Of a stretch of DNA of 64,000 bases, positions 20,761-32,878 are shown in pieces. Source of the DNA: Anthoceros angustus (lineage: Eukaryota; Plantae; Anthocerotophyta). A model generated the notes under the pieces. That model was not told where the DNA came from. It was given only the letters and a program-made list of their open reading frames with translations, and searched no databases. The DNA is taken from positions 62,001 through 126,000 of the forward strand of contig VJWM01000172.1 of assembly GCA_010909165.1 (NCBI GenBank), read 5' to 3'. The translations under genes and the position numbers were made by a program. Every line of letters starts with the position of its first letter. Within the stretch, counting starts at the first letter, position 1.

Positions 20761-22789
20761 CTACTTGGTGTAGAGAACGTCCTCCCAAGGGTGACGGTAC
20801 AGAGGCTGCTTCAACCGCTTCTGATCGAATGTGTGACCGATCAGCCCGATGCTACGGGCCAGGACGAACAGACCATTCAGGTACCCGATCTCAATGATCT
20901 CATCGATCTCATGCTGCGAGAACATGGCACAACTGGCCAGGAGATCCAGAAACAGGGAGCCGATGCAGCCATCCACGTTGAGCACCAAGTTGTTAGCCTT
21001 GGAGAGAGTGTAAGTCTCCACAGTGACAGCATACTCCATGTACTTTACAGAAGGGAAATGAGCCCGGGCATACTGTTGAAGCAGCTCCACCCTCTTGTCT
21101 CGATTATCCCTGCTCTTGATCCTGTGCCCGATGCCAGGCACACGAATCCCCTTCTTCTTCATGGTCTCCACAAAGTCGTAGGGCGTCAGACTCCTGTCAA
21201 ACGCATCCTTAAAGTATCTAGCAGCATCATCAATAGCTCCACCAAACCTGGGCCCGATAGTCAGCAACCCTGCCACCAAACAGGACACCAGATCCTTCCC
21301 CGCCCGAGAAGTCACAATAGAGTTGTGGGCTCCCGAAACACAGGGCCCATGATCCGCACACAGCACAATACACATCTCAATGAACTTCGAACAGTACCGA
21401 GGCAGGCTCCTCTTGAACCACAAGAGCGAGATCACATCCCCCACCCCATAATCCTTCTCAATGATATTCGACATAGGAATCCCGGCATACGTCGGCTCCT
21501 CCCCTCTATCATCACAGATCGTAGACACAATATGGGTCGGAGCACGAACTTTCCCAGCCTTGATAGCCACATTTAGATCCTCTGGCACAGGAGGGGGGGC
21601 TGTCTCCGTCGCAGGCTGGATCTTCCTCTCCGCCACCAGAGCCTGGTAAGTCTCCTTGATCTTCTCCTCCAACCCCTCAAACGAAGTGGGCACAATAGCT
21701 CCCGCATCAGCCAGCGCCTTGTTCTTGGCCTGGGCGCTCTCCAGCTCCGCCCCACTTTTAGCCCCAGCATGCCCGAACTGCACTTCAGACTTGAACAGAC
21801 TGGCACAAGTCCCGCTCACCCATGCCACCACCGGCTTCTGCACCTTGTTCTGCTTCAAAGCATCCACCAAAGAGTACTCATCCTTACCGCCCAACTCCCC
21901 CAACACCACAATGAGCTTGATCTGAGGGATGTTGTTGAACCTCAACACATGATCTGACAACGTAGAGCCCGGATACACATCTCCCCCGATGGCGATGCCC
22001 TCATACAGCCCGTCCGTCACCCTGGCCAGCACATTGTAGAGCTCGTTGGACATGCCCCCAGATTTGGACACAAACCCAACACTCCCTGGGCGGTAGAGCT
22101 TGCAATGGATGATGTTGTCCAGGGTCCCCGCCGTGTCCCCGATCTTGAACGCCCCGGCCTGGATCCCGCCCACAGTCGCAGGCCCGATGATCACCTTGTT
22201 GTTGGCCCGGGCGTAGGCGATGAGCTTCTTGGCGTCCCCCTCAGGGACGCCCTCCGCGATGATGGCCACCACCCGCACCGTGGGCTGCTTCAAGGCCTCC
22301 ATGGACGAGGCATACGCGCTGCGGAAGGAGGCGAAATTGATGAACACATCTGCCGTGGGGTGCGCCTTGCACGCCGCCGGGACGCTGCTGTGCACGGGGA
22401 CGGCGATCTCCTCCTGCCCGAAGAAGAGCTTCTGGCGTCCCCTCAGGGACGCCCTCCGCGATGATGGCCACCACCCGCACCGTGGGCTGCTTCAAGGCCT
22501 CCATGGACGAGGCATACGCGCTGCGGAAGGAGGCGAAATTGATGAACACATCTGCCGTGGGGTGCGCCTTGCACGCCGCCGGGACGCTGCTGTGCACGGG
22601 GACGGCGATCTCCTCCTGCCCGAAGAAGAGCTTCTGGAAACCCTCGGAGCCCGGGTTGATCACCCCGGCCACGGACGGCGTCTCCCTCCCGCACAGGAAG
22701 TCGAAATCCAGCATCCGCTGCACCGGGCTCTGCTTGTAGTTGTAGAAGAGCGCCTGCGTCGTCCGCGAGAAGAGCTGTCCGCTCGCCAT
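20761..22789 (-). CDS. ACLB: ATP-citrate lyase subunit B (plant ACLB), intronless; interrupted as assembled by a 202-bp tandem duplication
   Basis: MASGQLFSRTTQALFYNYKQ...GHAGA...HPWEDVLYTK. 2029 bp minus 202 = 1827 bp = 608 aa plus stop, the usual ACLB length. Confidence 0.97.
22222..22637. repeat. 202-bp tandem duplication inside ACLB
   Basis: Two identical copies offset by 202 bp, with GAGCTTCT(T)GG at 22222, 22426 and 22628. Confidence 0.95.
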
Positions 22790-24494
22790 GGCCGCAATGC
22801 TGGGCGCCCACAAAGCTCTGCTTTGCTAGCTTTGCTTGCGACCTGCGAGCTCGCCGGCAAGAGCAGCACTGAAGTGCCCAGATCGCCCACAAAGTGCGCA
22901 CTATCGCCCACAAAGAGCGTACAATCGCCCACAAAAACTGCGTCGCTCGCCGGGACACGAGGTAGGTACTTGCACCGCGTTCTGCCGTGCGGGACACAAC
23001 CGGCGGGCGGTCAGGCTCTCACTGTCCCCGGCGCTCACAGCACTGGGGCGCGAATGTCATGGGCAAGCTGCAGCATGCCTACTACCTAGGCTCAATAATA
23101 CCACAACAACCACGTTTCTCCTAACCGAAACCAACCTGCATTCTAAGGGAAAGGATAGAGCCCCGTCATCTCCTGCTTCTAAACAAATATTTTCCTTCCT
23201 CCAACTTTTTCTTCCCAACAAAATAGGGCATGACCAGTGAGCACCTTTATTACACACATTCAGTTGGCGTAAAGAAGTGGAAGAAACCTCCCAACAAAAA
23301 AGGGCATCACCTTCTTGTCCTCCCTTCAAGGAGTGACATTTTGGCATGAGCCCAAATGGCTTAGGCCCAATGGACGCACATTCATAAGAATGTGCCAGTT
23401 AGGCATTCTATGCTTCGATCGGTACTTAGATGGGGTGTCTAGATCCAGCAAAATCACAAAACATGAAGTTGTGCTCACTCTTACAGCCAGCCCCTTGCAC
23501 ACACATGTGACAAGTGGCCTCACCAGCAGCCTCCGAAAGGCCACCCCAATGACCAGCCTTGGGCAAAGCCGCCTACCAGCACTACCAAATGGTACACCTA
23601 TACTTGGGAGGCGGACTAGGCGACTACCATAAAAACTTCATAATAACTACTGGTGCGAAAGCCGAAGATTCAAATGAAGAGATGTTGAGGAGGGAACTCT
23701 CCCTCTTCAAGTGTCGTTGAGGCAAGCTTGGGACTAGACATGAACGGAAGCAAGGCATCTCTTCCCTCCTTTCGTGACTTTCCTCATCGACGGTTCTAGG
23801 GGGTCTGCTCGACAAACACCCTTGCTCGACAGACGACTCGGCCAAGTTTTCTAGCCCATCCTTTTGGACCCTTTCATTCCAAGGCCCACAAAGAGCCCGT
23901 CTCCGCTCTTGTTATGGGAAGGGTGTAGGAGCTTGGCTGATGGCTCGTCCATGCATCCAGGGATTTCACATCACACCTATAACCTTCACTGCAACGATGC
24001 GCTTGGTTCAACTAGTAGCTTCCTCACTTCTTGCCGGTGAAGGTGGCTATGCTCGGGACGCATCTTGCTCGTTGTCTCAATGAGAGTCAATGTATTACCA
24101 CCCATATTGCCATTCGTGATATTATGTTTGCAATGGCTCGTGAAAGTAGTATATATATGGCTTGGAAGGAGTGTTGGTGAAATCATGAGATAAATAAAAC
24201 CATAATAAGATATAAGAAATATGTGAAAATATATAAGGTGATGATAAATAAAATATAAAAGAAAATAGGAATAAATAGGAGAAAAATACGTGCTGATAGT
24301 GAGTCATCACAACAGCTCCGACATGGACCAGGTGACCAAGTCTAGCAAATAAGGGTTAGAAAACTAATTATTACACATGTATATAGTGAACTCATGTGTA
24401 ACATGCAGTTTACGATTGTAAATGGAGACCTTTGAAGCAAGGAGGCACGCCTGTGCTCTATTGGCAACATTGTTTTTCAGTGTGTTGATTTCCT

Positions 24495-25039
24495 TTGCCC
24501 TATCGTGTTCATAGTTGGTATGCTTTACATACAGGTCGGTCGGTCAGGGTTGACTTGTACCTCATTTGGGGTGACCAAGTCTCTATGGCAGACGTGGTGG
24601 TTAGTGACCTTACTCAGGAATCTATCTCTGAACATGTTATGCTAAAACCGTCCAAGTTGGCCAACAACTGGAGTGGTGGCTTCCAAGGTTACTAAGTTCA
24701 GGGGAATGCAGGCCTGCACCACGCCACCTCTTCATCCCGCTTGCCTTGGAGACTCATGGGGTGTTGGCTAAAGACTTTGACAAATCTATCATGTCTTGTG
24801 CCAAAGAATACCATGGAAGGAGATATGGAGCGGTGCTACCTTAGAGTTTCTTCTATTTCACCGCATTCTTTCGGCAGCGGGTGTCCATTGTCCTCCAAAG
24901 GGCGCTTGCAAGGACTATCTTACGGAAAGCAATGACTGTTGGAGATGCATCCTCGACAAGTTCAATTTAATGTAGGCCATTCAATCTCCCTAGTTATGAC
25001 ATTATAGGCGTTGTAGGTGACTTAAGACATGCGGCTTAG
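24495..25039 (+). mobile_element. 3' fragment of an RLE-type (CRE/NeSL/R2-like) non-LTR retrotransposon
   Basis: Decayed frame RVDL..ADVVVSD...KVTKFRG...FIPLALETHG...FFRQRVSIVLQRALARTILRK, which is the restriction-like endonuclease C-terminus. Homologous to 53329-53720. Confidence 0.7.
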
Positions 25040-26217
25040 TTGCTTCTTCTTATCTATGACCTTGATGTCTTCCTTTGATGTCTTTTAGTCGGATGAACTA
25101 TACACTAGACTACGAGTACATGCAGCCTGATTCTCATGAATGGGCTCCGGTGATCTCGGGTCTCAACAATTTAGGTCCAACGATCCATGGTCTCAATAAT
25201 TTAGCTCCACCATACTTCCTTGATTTTAACAATTTAGACTACAATCATCCCTACTCATGTTCTCATTTTGGTTCCATCAATTCGTCTCTTTCCAACAAGT
25301 CAGATCCCCACCTCAATTCTTATTTTCTTCTTCCAATTCCTCACCCCACGCAACAAAGCCAGTCTGCAACTATCCTTTGTAAAATCGTAATTATCCTCCT
25401 CTATATTTTCTTTTTTGACCTACCAAATTAGGAGAGAGCATGAAGACAGGGCGAAAAGGTGATTACTAGGATGCATATCATGGTACCAATATTTATCGTC
25501 TTAGTTTCTCATTTCTCTCTAGAGAGAAGCTATGTGGCTATCCTTTGAGTTGAACGCCCCCTACATAGCTTTGTTTCTCTGTTTGTGTACTTAAAAGATT
25601 AATTATTGGGATTTATTTCATTCAAATAAGTGTGTGTGCATGTTTTTTTTTTGCAAGTTGGTCTTAATCTCCTTGCAAAATAACGAGAAAAGTGAAATTT
25701 TCTTCTTTGCTCCATAAACAAACTGATAAGGTAATATTTTTATTATATATATTTAAAATTTATGAATTATTTTTATTTTTATTTTTTGCTTGAATCTTTG
25801 TATAAATATATTCTATAACTACATTTTATATTGATATGATTGTGCAGTGGCCGATTTTGTTGTCCCAAAGTTTGATGGAAAGCTTAGGCTTAGCATGCGG
25901 TGGCTTAGCTTGGCTTAGTATCCATAAACTGAATAAGGATTGCAGGATTGCACACGGTGGAATGCTGATACAGTTTCAGCAGTCCCCGTTCACACTGGGT
26001 GTCATGAGAACCGGCTCGCTCCAGCGCTTGTAGATGTTTTACAAAATACAGTCGATCAAACCGTAACAATGTGGCCGTTTATCCACTGAAGGAGCTTTTC
26101 TTATTACGTGCAAGGGAGGGCAGGAATCGCGACATGAATGTATCTGGTGATTTATCTCCAGGGACAAAACCGTTCTCGAAGGACGTCCCCGGTCTTCTTT
26201 CTTGTACCCATCACAAG

Positions 26218-29200
26218 ATGGAGGCATGTTCTTGCTTGGACCTTTGGAGCCTGTTGCCGGAGGAATGCAAATCCTTGATCTTGGAGCGACTTACCACCAA
26301 ACAGCTGGCTCGAGCAGCACCGGTCATTCTCAACCTAGGACCCTGTCTGACTCAGATCTGTCACTGTGCGGTTGCAACATGCATTCTCCAACCACATTTT
26401 TTCTTTCAGGAGCATACTAGGGCATCTCCGTGGCTGGCTAGGATTTTGCGATTTGGTTGTGGGGGAGAAGTGTGTGCGTGACTAAAATGTAGCTGCAGTT
26501 CGAAACGATTTCTCACTTGAGCCTTTTTGGATCAGATCTCCAAGGAGTTCGCAGATACAGTCAGGACAATGAGGGATGAGGTTGTTACGCTGGTGTTGCC
26601 ACCTAACATGAAGGTTTCGACTCTGCAAGGAATGGTATTTCTGTGAGAAGTGAGAGGGGAGAGGATTTGCTTCTTGTCAGGTTCTTCTTTTGCTGCTATC
26701 GAGGAAGGGAAAGGAAGGGACGATCATTAATGACCTGATGCCGTCTTCTTCTAGGTTGCCGCTCATAGAAACCTCAGTTTTCTCAGTTTCAAACGTTATG
26801 GTAGGGGTCTCTACAGCCTCCCAGAATTTTGTTTTCCTGGCATCGTGCAGCTGGTTTGCACAGAAGCAACGGTAGCTGGTGATGACGATTGTTTGGTTTT
26901 CGTGTTGCAGGTGGAAAGATCAACAGTTTTGTTCCTCTTCTGGAGGCTGCCACAGGCAACTTCCCGTGTTCAGACATTGGAACACCTGTCTTCTGGAGGC
27001 GCCGGTCACTGGAAGCGGTAGACTTTCGTGGTTGTGTGCACTTATCAGATGCAGATATTGCAGAGCTTTGCTGGCTGCACCCAAGGGTAAGGTCCTGTAT
27101 GTGGGTTTCCTTATTGCATAGCTGATACTGACGCTAAGGCCTGCGGATTCACTCTGACAAGTCAGTTGCTGGTGGTCAACAGATAGAAGAAGTGAACTTG
27201 ACAGGCTGTCAGTCTTTGTCAGATTTTGCACTTTTTACCTTGTCTCGTCATCGGCGGACAAACAATGTGAATGCCCCACCTGCCGAGGATGAATTGGATA
27301 ACCTAATTGACAGAGTTCCTGTAGAAGTGGATTCAGTGCTTCAGTCAGATGTAGCCAGTCTGCAGCTCCCAGACCTTGCGGTGGACCATTCGGATGACCC
27401 TGGCAAATCTGTAGGTGAAGGTGAACATGCGAACTCCCTAGCTGAAGCCTGGCCACTGCCTGGTGCGGGTGTAAAGCCTGAGGGCTTGGTGACACGAAAT
27501 GCTGATAGTCCAGGAAATGACGAGAAGCCAGAGGTTGTAGCTTCAGTGAGCATGGGTGAAGGAGCCTTAAGCGAATCTGCACTTTGCTCTAGTGATGCTC
27601 CGGTTGTGTCAAGCTATGCTCAGGCTGCAGCAAGGGCGTCTCAAGCAAATGAGCCACCTTTGCGTTCACTTTATTGTCCTCCATATTCAGACGATACACC
27701 AGGGATTCAGGCTGAGATGGAGAAAATAAGAGGTTGGCCTAAGAAAGGCGTGCATGCAAGTCAGGTGATTCTCTTGCCCAGCGTAAACTTGGAAAGAGTG
27801 TCCTATTGAAGTGCTGAAGTTGCGCTTTTAATCTTACCCTGGCTATTCATGGAACATTCGCCAGACAGTGAGCAAAGGAAGAGGGCAGGTGCATGACGAC
27901 GATCTGACCTGCAGAACAGATCTCTCCAATTTATCAAGATCTACCGTCAGTGGTTCAAAATTACGATTTGCAAGTCTTATGATGAGTAGACCACCTGATT
28001 TATCTGAAGGGACTGGATTAAAGTCAGTCTGCTTAGCAAGTTGCCCGAAAATCACTGACCAGGGAGTGCAGGTTGGTTGGTCACTGTTGTAGTCATTGAT
28101 GGGTCACTTGGATTTTGGCTCCAGATGTAACAGTTCATTTGCTACATTCTCGAACATGTGTGCACGTATATATCTAACGAATTGGTAGTGGTGTTTGGTT
28201 TGCAGGCCTTGCTGAAAGGTGCTTCTAGGTTGTCGTTGGTGACGTTGGACATTTCGAGATGTGCAGGCATTACCAACTATGGGTTGAGAATACCCTCGAA
28301 TTCTCCCCTCGAGAATTTGACTGCAGTTCAGATGCCCAGCATTACACGCCTGCGGTTTCTGTTTTCAGATGATCAGGGGCTTAGGACCTTAAATCTTGCA
28401 GGTTGCCCTCAGGTGAGGCATAGCTGGTTGCAGAGACCATTGGCCTGTTTTTGCATTGGGCATCTCTACAGGTTTGACTCCTCGTGTGTTCCCTCTGCAG
28501 CTTGAGGAACTGATATTGGTGGGGCCACGCCTGCAAACTTTGAACTTGTCCGGCTGCAAGAGGCTTTCTGCATTGCAGCTGAAATGCCCCAATCTTGAAG
28601 CTCTCAACTTGTCACTCTGTGGTAGGAGCTATTGGTGTCCACTGAGCATTTGTTAAGCTGATATCAAGTTTGCACCTTGGTCTCCTGCTTTAGATTCGTT
28701 ATCATATGCTCATGTTCAAAATATTGTGATGTCGAATCCAGAAAACATTCAGAGGTTTGGAAGATTTGAGTGTAGTGCCCTTCAAAATCTGAATGTGGTG
28801 GGATGCCGATTACTCTCAACAGCTGGCATGGCCATGATCCTAGAGTCAAGCAACGCCTTACAAGAGCTGCGATGCAGTGGTTGTGACCGAATCGATGCCC
28901 TTACCATCCCACACCTGTCTCTGGTTCGTCTGGAGGCCTCAGGTTGCTCAGCTCTTAAGAGGTATCATTCTGTTCGTGAATGGCTTGCATGCTGGCCCCA
29001 CTTACTTGCACTTGTTACCGATTAGTATATGATCCAGGCTGCGTGTTTAGTCCTGAGGTCTCATGTTTGTCGGAGACGTTTGTGCTCAATTGTGTCTTCC
29101 CGCAGACTTGTTTCGCTATCCAGGATTCTAAGGGTGGTGGACACATGCGGTTGTAAGAGCCTAAAGGAAATCCGCCTAAGTTCACCTTTCCTGCAGCGCA

Positions 29201-29507
29201 TGCTTTTCACAAACTGTTCCCAGCTAAAAATCCTCGTAGGTTTCTCTGAAGTCTTCTTTTTTCACTCTCATTCTATGTTGGCCCATGGCATGATATGTCA
29301 ATCTTTACGAAACGGAACTAAAGGCTGCACGTGCAGGTCTTGCCTCTGGAGGGGATGAGTACCACTGCATTGAATGCAGACGGTGGAGTGAACGCAATGG
29401 ACGACGAGTTCGAAATTTCCATCAGTGGAGCATATAGTTTGCATGATGGGATGAGGAAACGAATAGAAAAACTGTCAAGACAATTGAAGTGTTTTACTGC
29501 CATGTAG
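26218..29507 (+). CDS. F-box/LRR-repeat protein, multi-exon
   Basis: N-terminal F-box (LWSLLPEECKSLILERL) and many cysteine-containing LRR exons (LVTLDISRCAGIT, LQTLNLSGCKRL, LQNLNVVGCRLL). Stop at 29505-29507. Exon boundaries not fully resolved. Confidence 0.85.
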
Positions 29508-30283
29508 AACGTACCGTCAAACTGGCTCTAGCATTGATGACCAATTCGGTAACGTTGTGGAGGAAGAAGCAAATCCTTGTGGTCGCTCCATCTTCCACTC
29601 CTAGATTATTAAGAAGAATTGGTGCAAGTCATGAGCTCCTCTCAAAATCGCGAGACTCGTGAGACAGGACCTCCTCACGAAATGTGAATTTACAGATCTC
29701 AATGTTGAAGACCCAAAATGAACACCGGCTACACCGGCTACACGTATTTTCGGAGCCGGAACCGATTACAACCACCTAAAGAAAATCCCCCCTACCGTAA
29801 ACATAGGGCAGGCCTAAAAACAATCCCCCCTACCCTAAACATAGGGTAGGCCTTCCGTATGCTAAAGATAGTCTCATGGCGGGCCCTTTTCCGCCAAAAT
29901 GTCATTCCGGAAGCGGAGGTGCCCACATGCGAATCCGCCCTTAGCCCCACATTGTGAGCAGCGTCTGTACACTCCTCCTGAGTAAGGCCCATGATGGATG
30001 ACGAGGAGCACCTGTTTCTCTATCATCACATGTGCTTGCAATTCAGTGGTAAGGTGAAGCTTACTCAACTGCTTCTTGCCTGAGCCAGAGTCACTTGGGT
30101 TCGCTATCAAGCTACAAAATTTCAGTTTCCAACTGAAGCGTTCTCCTTTTTCACGAATCACAAAAGCTGAAGAAGCCCTATGGAAGATCCTAAAAGTACA
30201 AAAGTCACAGCCTGCCACTACATACTCTCGAGCAGACAGACGGGGTCAAGGAAAAAATATACACTACAGAATCCCACATTGTG

Positions 30284-32245
30284 TCACGATTGTGACTCCT
30301 TCTCGTCTACATCTCTTGTCCTGCCGGACTTAGTTTTGGAGAACAAATCCTTGAAGAAAGCTCCTCGCGCAGTCCCAGGAAGGGCTCTTCGCCTTGAAAA
30401 GACAGGCTCATGTACTTCAGCAGCCGCAGGAGCCAGCTTCTCTGAGCCTGTTGTTCCTTTGATGTCCAGATTCAGCCTGAGGGAAGGTTTTCTCACTTGC
30501 TTCGGCTGAAGCGATGCTTCGATCTCCTCCAGACTCTTCCCCTTAGTTTCAGGTACACAGTAATACACGAAGACGAGAACAACCACCGACATGAAAGCAA
30601 ACATGAGGCAAACCCAAGGCGCCGAGACCAACCCGGATATCTCAAGGAAGCATGATCTAGCCAACCCGCCAGCAAGCCTATTAACTGCCACAGCCAGTCC
30701 CATAGCCTGTGCCCGCATTGCGAGAGGGAAGACTTCAGCAGAGATGGTCCAGTTAATGGGCCCCAACCCCAAGGAGAAGAGTGCGACATAGGCGAAGACA
30801 GCGACCAGCGCCAGGACAGCCACCACTCCAGGTCCGCTGCTCTCCTGCAGCTCAACAGGAATGGTCACTTCCGCAGCTCCAGGGTCTGCTGCCAGAAGAG
30901 CGAAAGCAGCAGCCAGCGCTGCCATGGACACAGCCATGCCCCAGCCACCGAAGAGAAGCAGAGGACGCCGGCCTGCTCGGTCCTGCCACAGTCCAGACAC
31001 CAGAGTGGAGATGATCCTGCACAGGCCTACCCCTAGGGTTGCTGCAAACACCCCCATGGTGCTCAGAATCCCTCCTTCACTCAACAGCGCTCGCAGATAG
31101 AAAAAGACAGCGGCCTCCAAGCCCACCCACTGCTGCAAGATCTGCAAACCCAGGGCAGCAAGAAGCATCCTCCTCACACCAGGTGATGGCATCTGCGGGA
31201 GCCTCTGCGACAAACTGATGCCAGGAAGCTTGGAGCTCCATTCCAACTGCACAGGCACCCGCCCACTCACTGCCGCTGCTGCCATGATCTCCGCCAAGCT
31301 GGACCCGGCCTGGGCCTTGCTTCTGGACGCCCGCAACAGCACCTGCTCCGCCTCCTCCACCCGCCCCTGCTTCACCAGCCACCGAGGAGACTCCGGCAAC
31401 ACCACCACGGCCCCGGAGAGCGCGGCCGCCATAGCCGCCCCGACACCAAGCACCATCCTCCAGCTCAAACTGTATCTCGGATCAGACAGCATCACCGCAG
31501 CCATGTACCCCAGCAGGACTCCCAGATTGTTAGAAACCTCCAGGAACGACATCAGCCTCCCCCGCGACTGCGCGGGCGAGATCTCTGCAATGTACAGAGG
31601 AGCTGCCACCAGCCCCAATCCCACCCCAATGCCCTCCACCACCCGCCCCAGCAGAAGCACAGCATAAGACGGCGCCAGGGACATGGCGGACATCCCCACG
31701 AAGAGCACCGTCGCGGAAACTGCCAGGCTCCATCTCCGCCCCAGCCCGTCAGCTAGGGATCCAGAGGCTGCCGCTCCCACAGCAGACGATACTGTCAGGC
31801 ACAGCCCTGAGAGAAGCTCTGCCTGGCGCTTGGAGATCCCTGCGTCTTCCCGGATGAAGCCCGCGGCTCCATTCATCACCCCGAGATCTGCAACCATCCA
31901 TCAACAAATGCGTCCATCGGTGATGAGTGGAAGCTTGGTCAAGCTGGAACACTGGGAACCTGAGGACTGCGGTTCGCATCCCTGGAACAGCTAACGGAAA
32001 GCATTCCTCCTTCCCTTCACCCTTCACTGGATTCAGGGACTGACTGGCTATATATATTCATTCATTCATCCATCCATCCATCCATCCATCATTCAAACCT
32101 TCAAATCCGTACCATAGCCGATGATGCAGGAGCTGAATGAGGCCAACACGGCGCAGGCAAGGGAGAAGCGGATGCTCCAAGCAGCAGGCCTGGCAGCCGA
32201 AGCCGGCGCCAGGAGGTCGTACCCCTGCTCTCCAGGATGCGCCAT
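30284..32245 (-). CDS. MFS sugar/polyol transporter (PLT/PMT-like), 578 aa, two exons
   Basis: Exon 1 32245-32113 (MAHPGEQ...FSLACAVLASFSSCIIGY), a 225-bp GT-AG intron, and exon 2 31887-30284 (DLGVMNGA, GRR, PESPRWL, AGRRPLLL, GPINW..EVFP, PETKGKSLEEI). Confidence 0.93.
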
Positions 32246-32761
32246 GGCCCCGCCTCCTCGCCGCTCATCTCATCACAGCCGCCAGGCGGAAGCTTCGAGG
32301 AAGGCGCAGGGGAGGGGAGCTTCGAGGAAGGCGGCACTGGCGGCAGCCGGAGCGTGAAGACGCGCGCCCTGAAGGCCGCCGAGGTGGAAGTGGCGCGGGC
32401 GCGGGAGCGGGAGCGAGAGAATTCCATGTCTGCTGCACACGGGGCGCTGGAGATAGAGGCAGGAGAAGAGGCCAGGATCTCGGTCCAGACCCGCCCGCCC
32501 TGCGACAGGCGGCCGGCACTGTTTGCTGGAATCATTCCGTCATTATTGCATGTGAAGGTGGTCCGATGATTTAAACGCGTTAAATCCGGGCGGGGGAACC
32601 TTTTAAGGTACATATGTATAAAAATGCAGCAACTACTGTATGTGAGTCCGTGCTTGGCCTGGTTTTGTGCAGGCCGGGCTGGACGAATGGAGCTCGGAAG
32701 CTTGGAGGAGATGGCGGGAGCCAGAGAAGTGTGAATGCATGGCGGGAGCTTGATGTTGACG

Positions 32762-32841
32762 ATGCAGGCGCAGGAAGCGCAGCAGCAGATTGCGGCGCTG
32801 CTGGCGGCGGCGGCGGCGGCGCCGCTGCCGCCGCAATCCGA

Positions 32842-32878
<37 letters not shown>

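Noticed and set aside
20791-23089. Plus-strand ORFs of 261 and 289 aa
   Set aside because: Antisense shadows of the GC-rich ACLB gene.
23506-24311. Possible solo LTR (TGTGA...TCACA)
   Set aside because: Flanks ACACA versus ACAGC give no convincing TSD, and there is no second copy, PBS or PPT to support it.
29829-29865. 9-bp hairpin followed by CTAA, like a Helitron 3' end
   Set aside because: Not followed by T and no matching 5' TC end identified; it lies in a local ~35-bp duplication.
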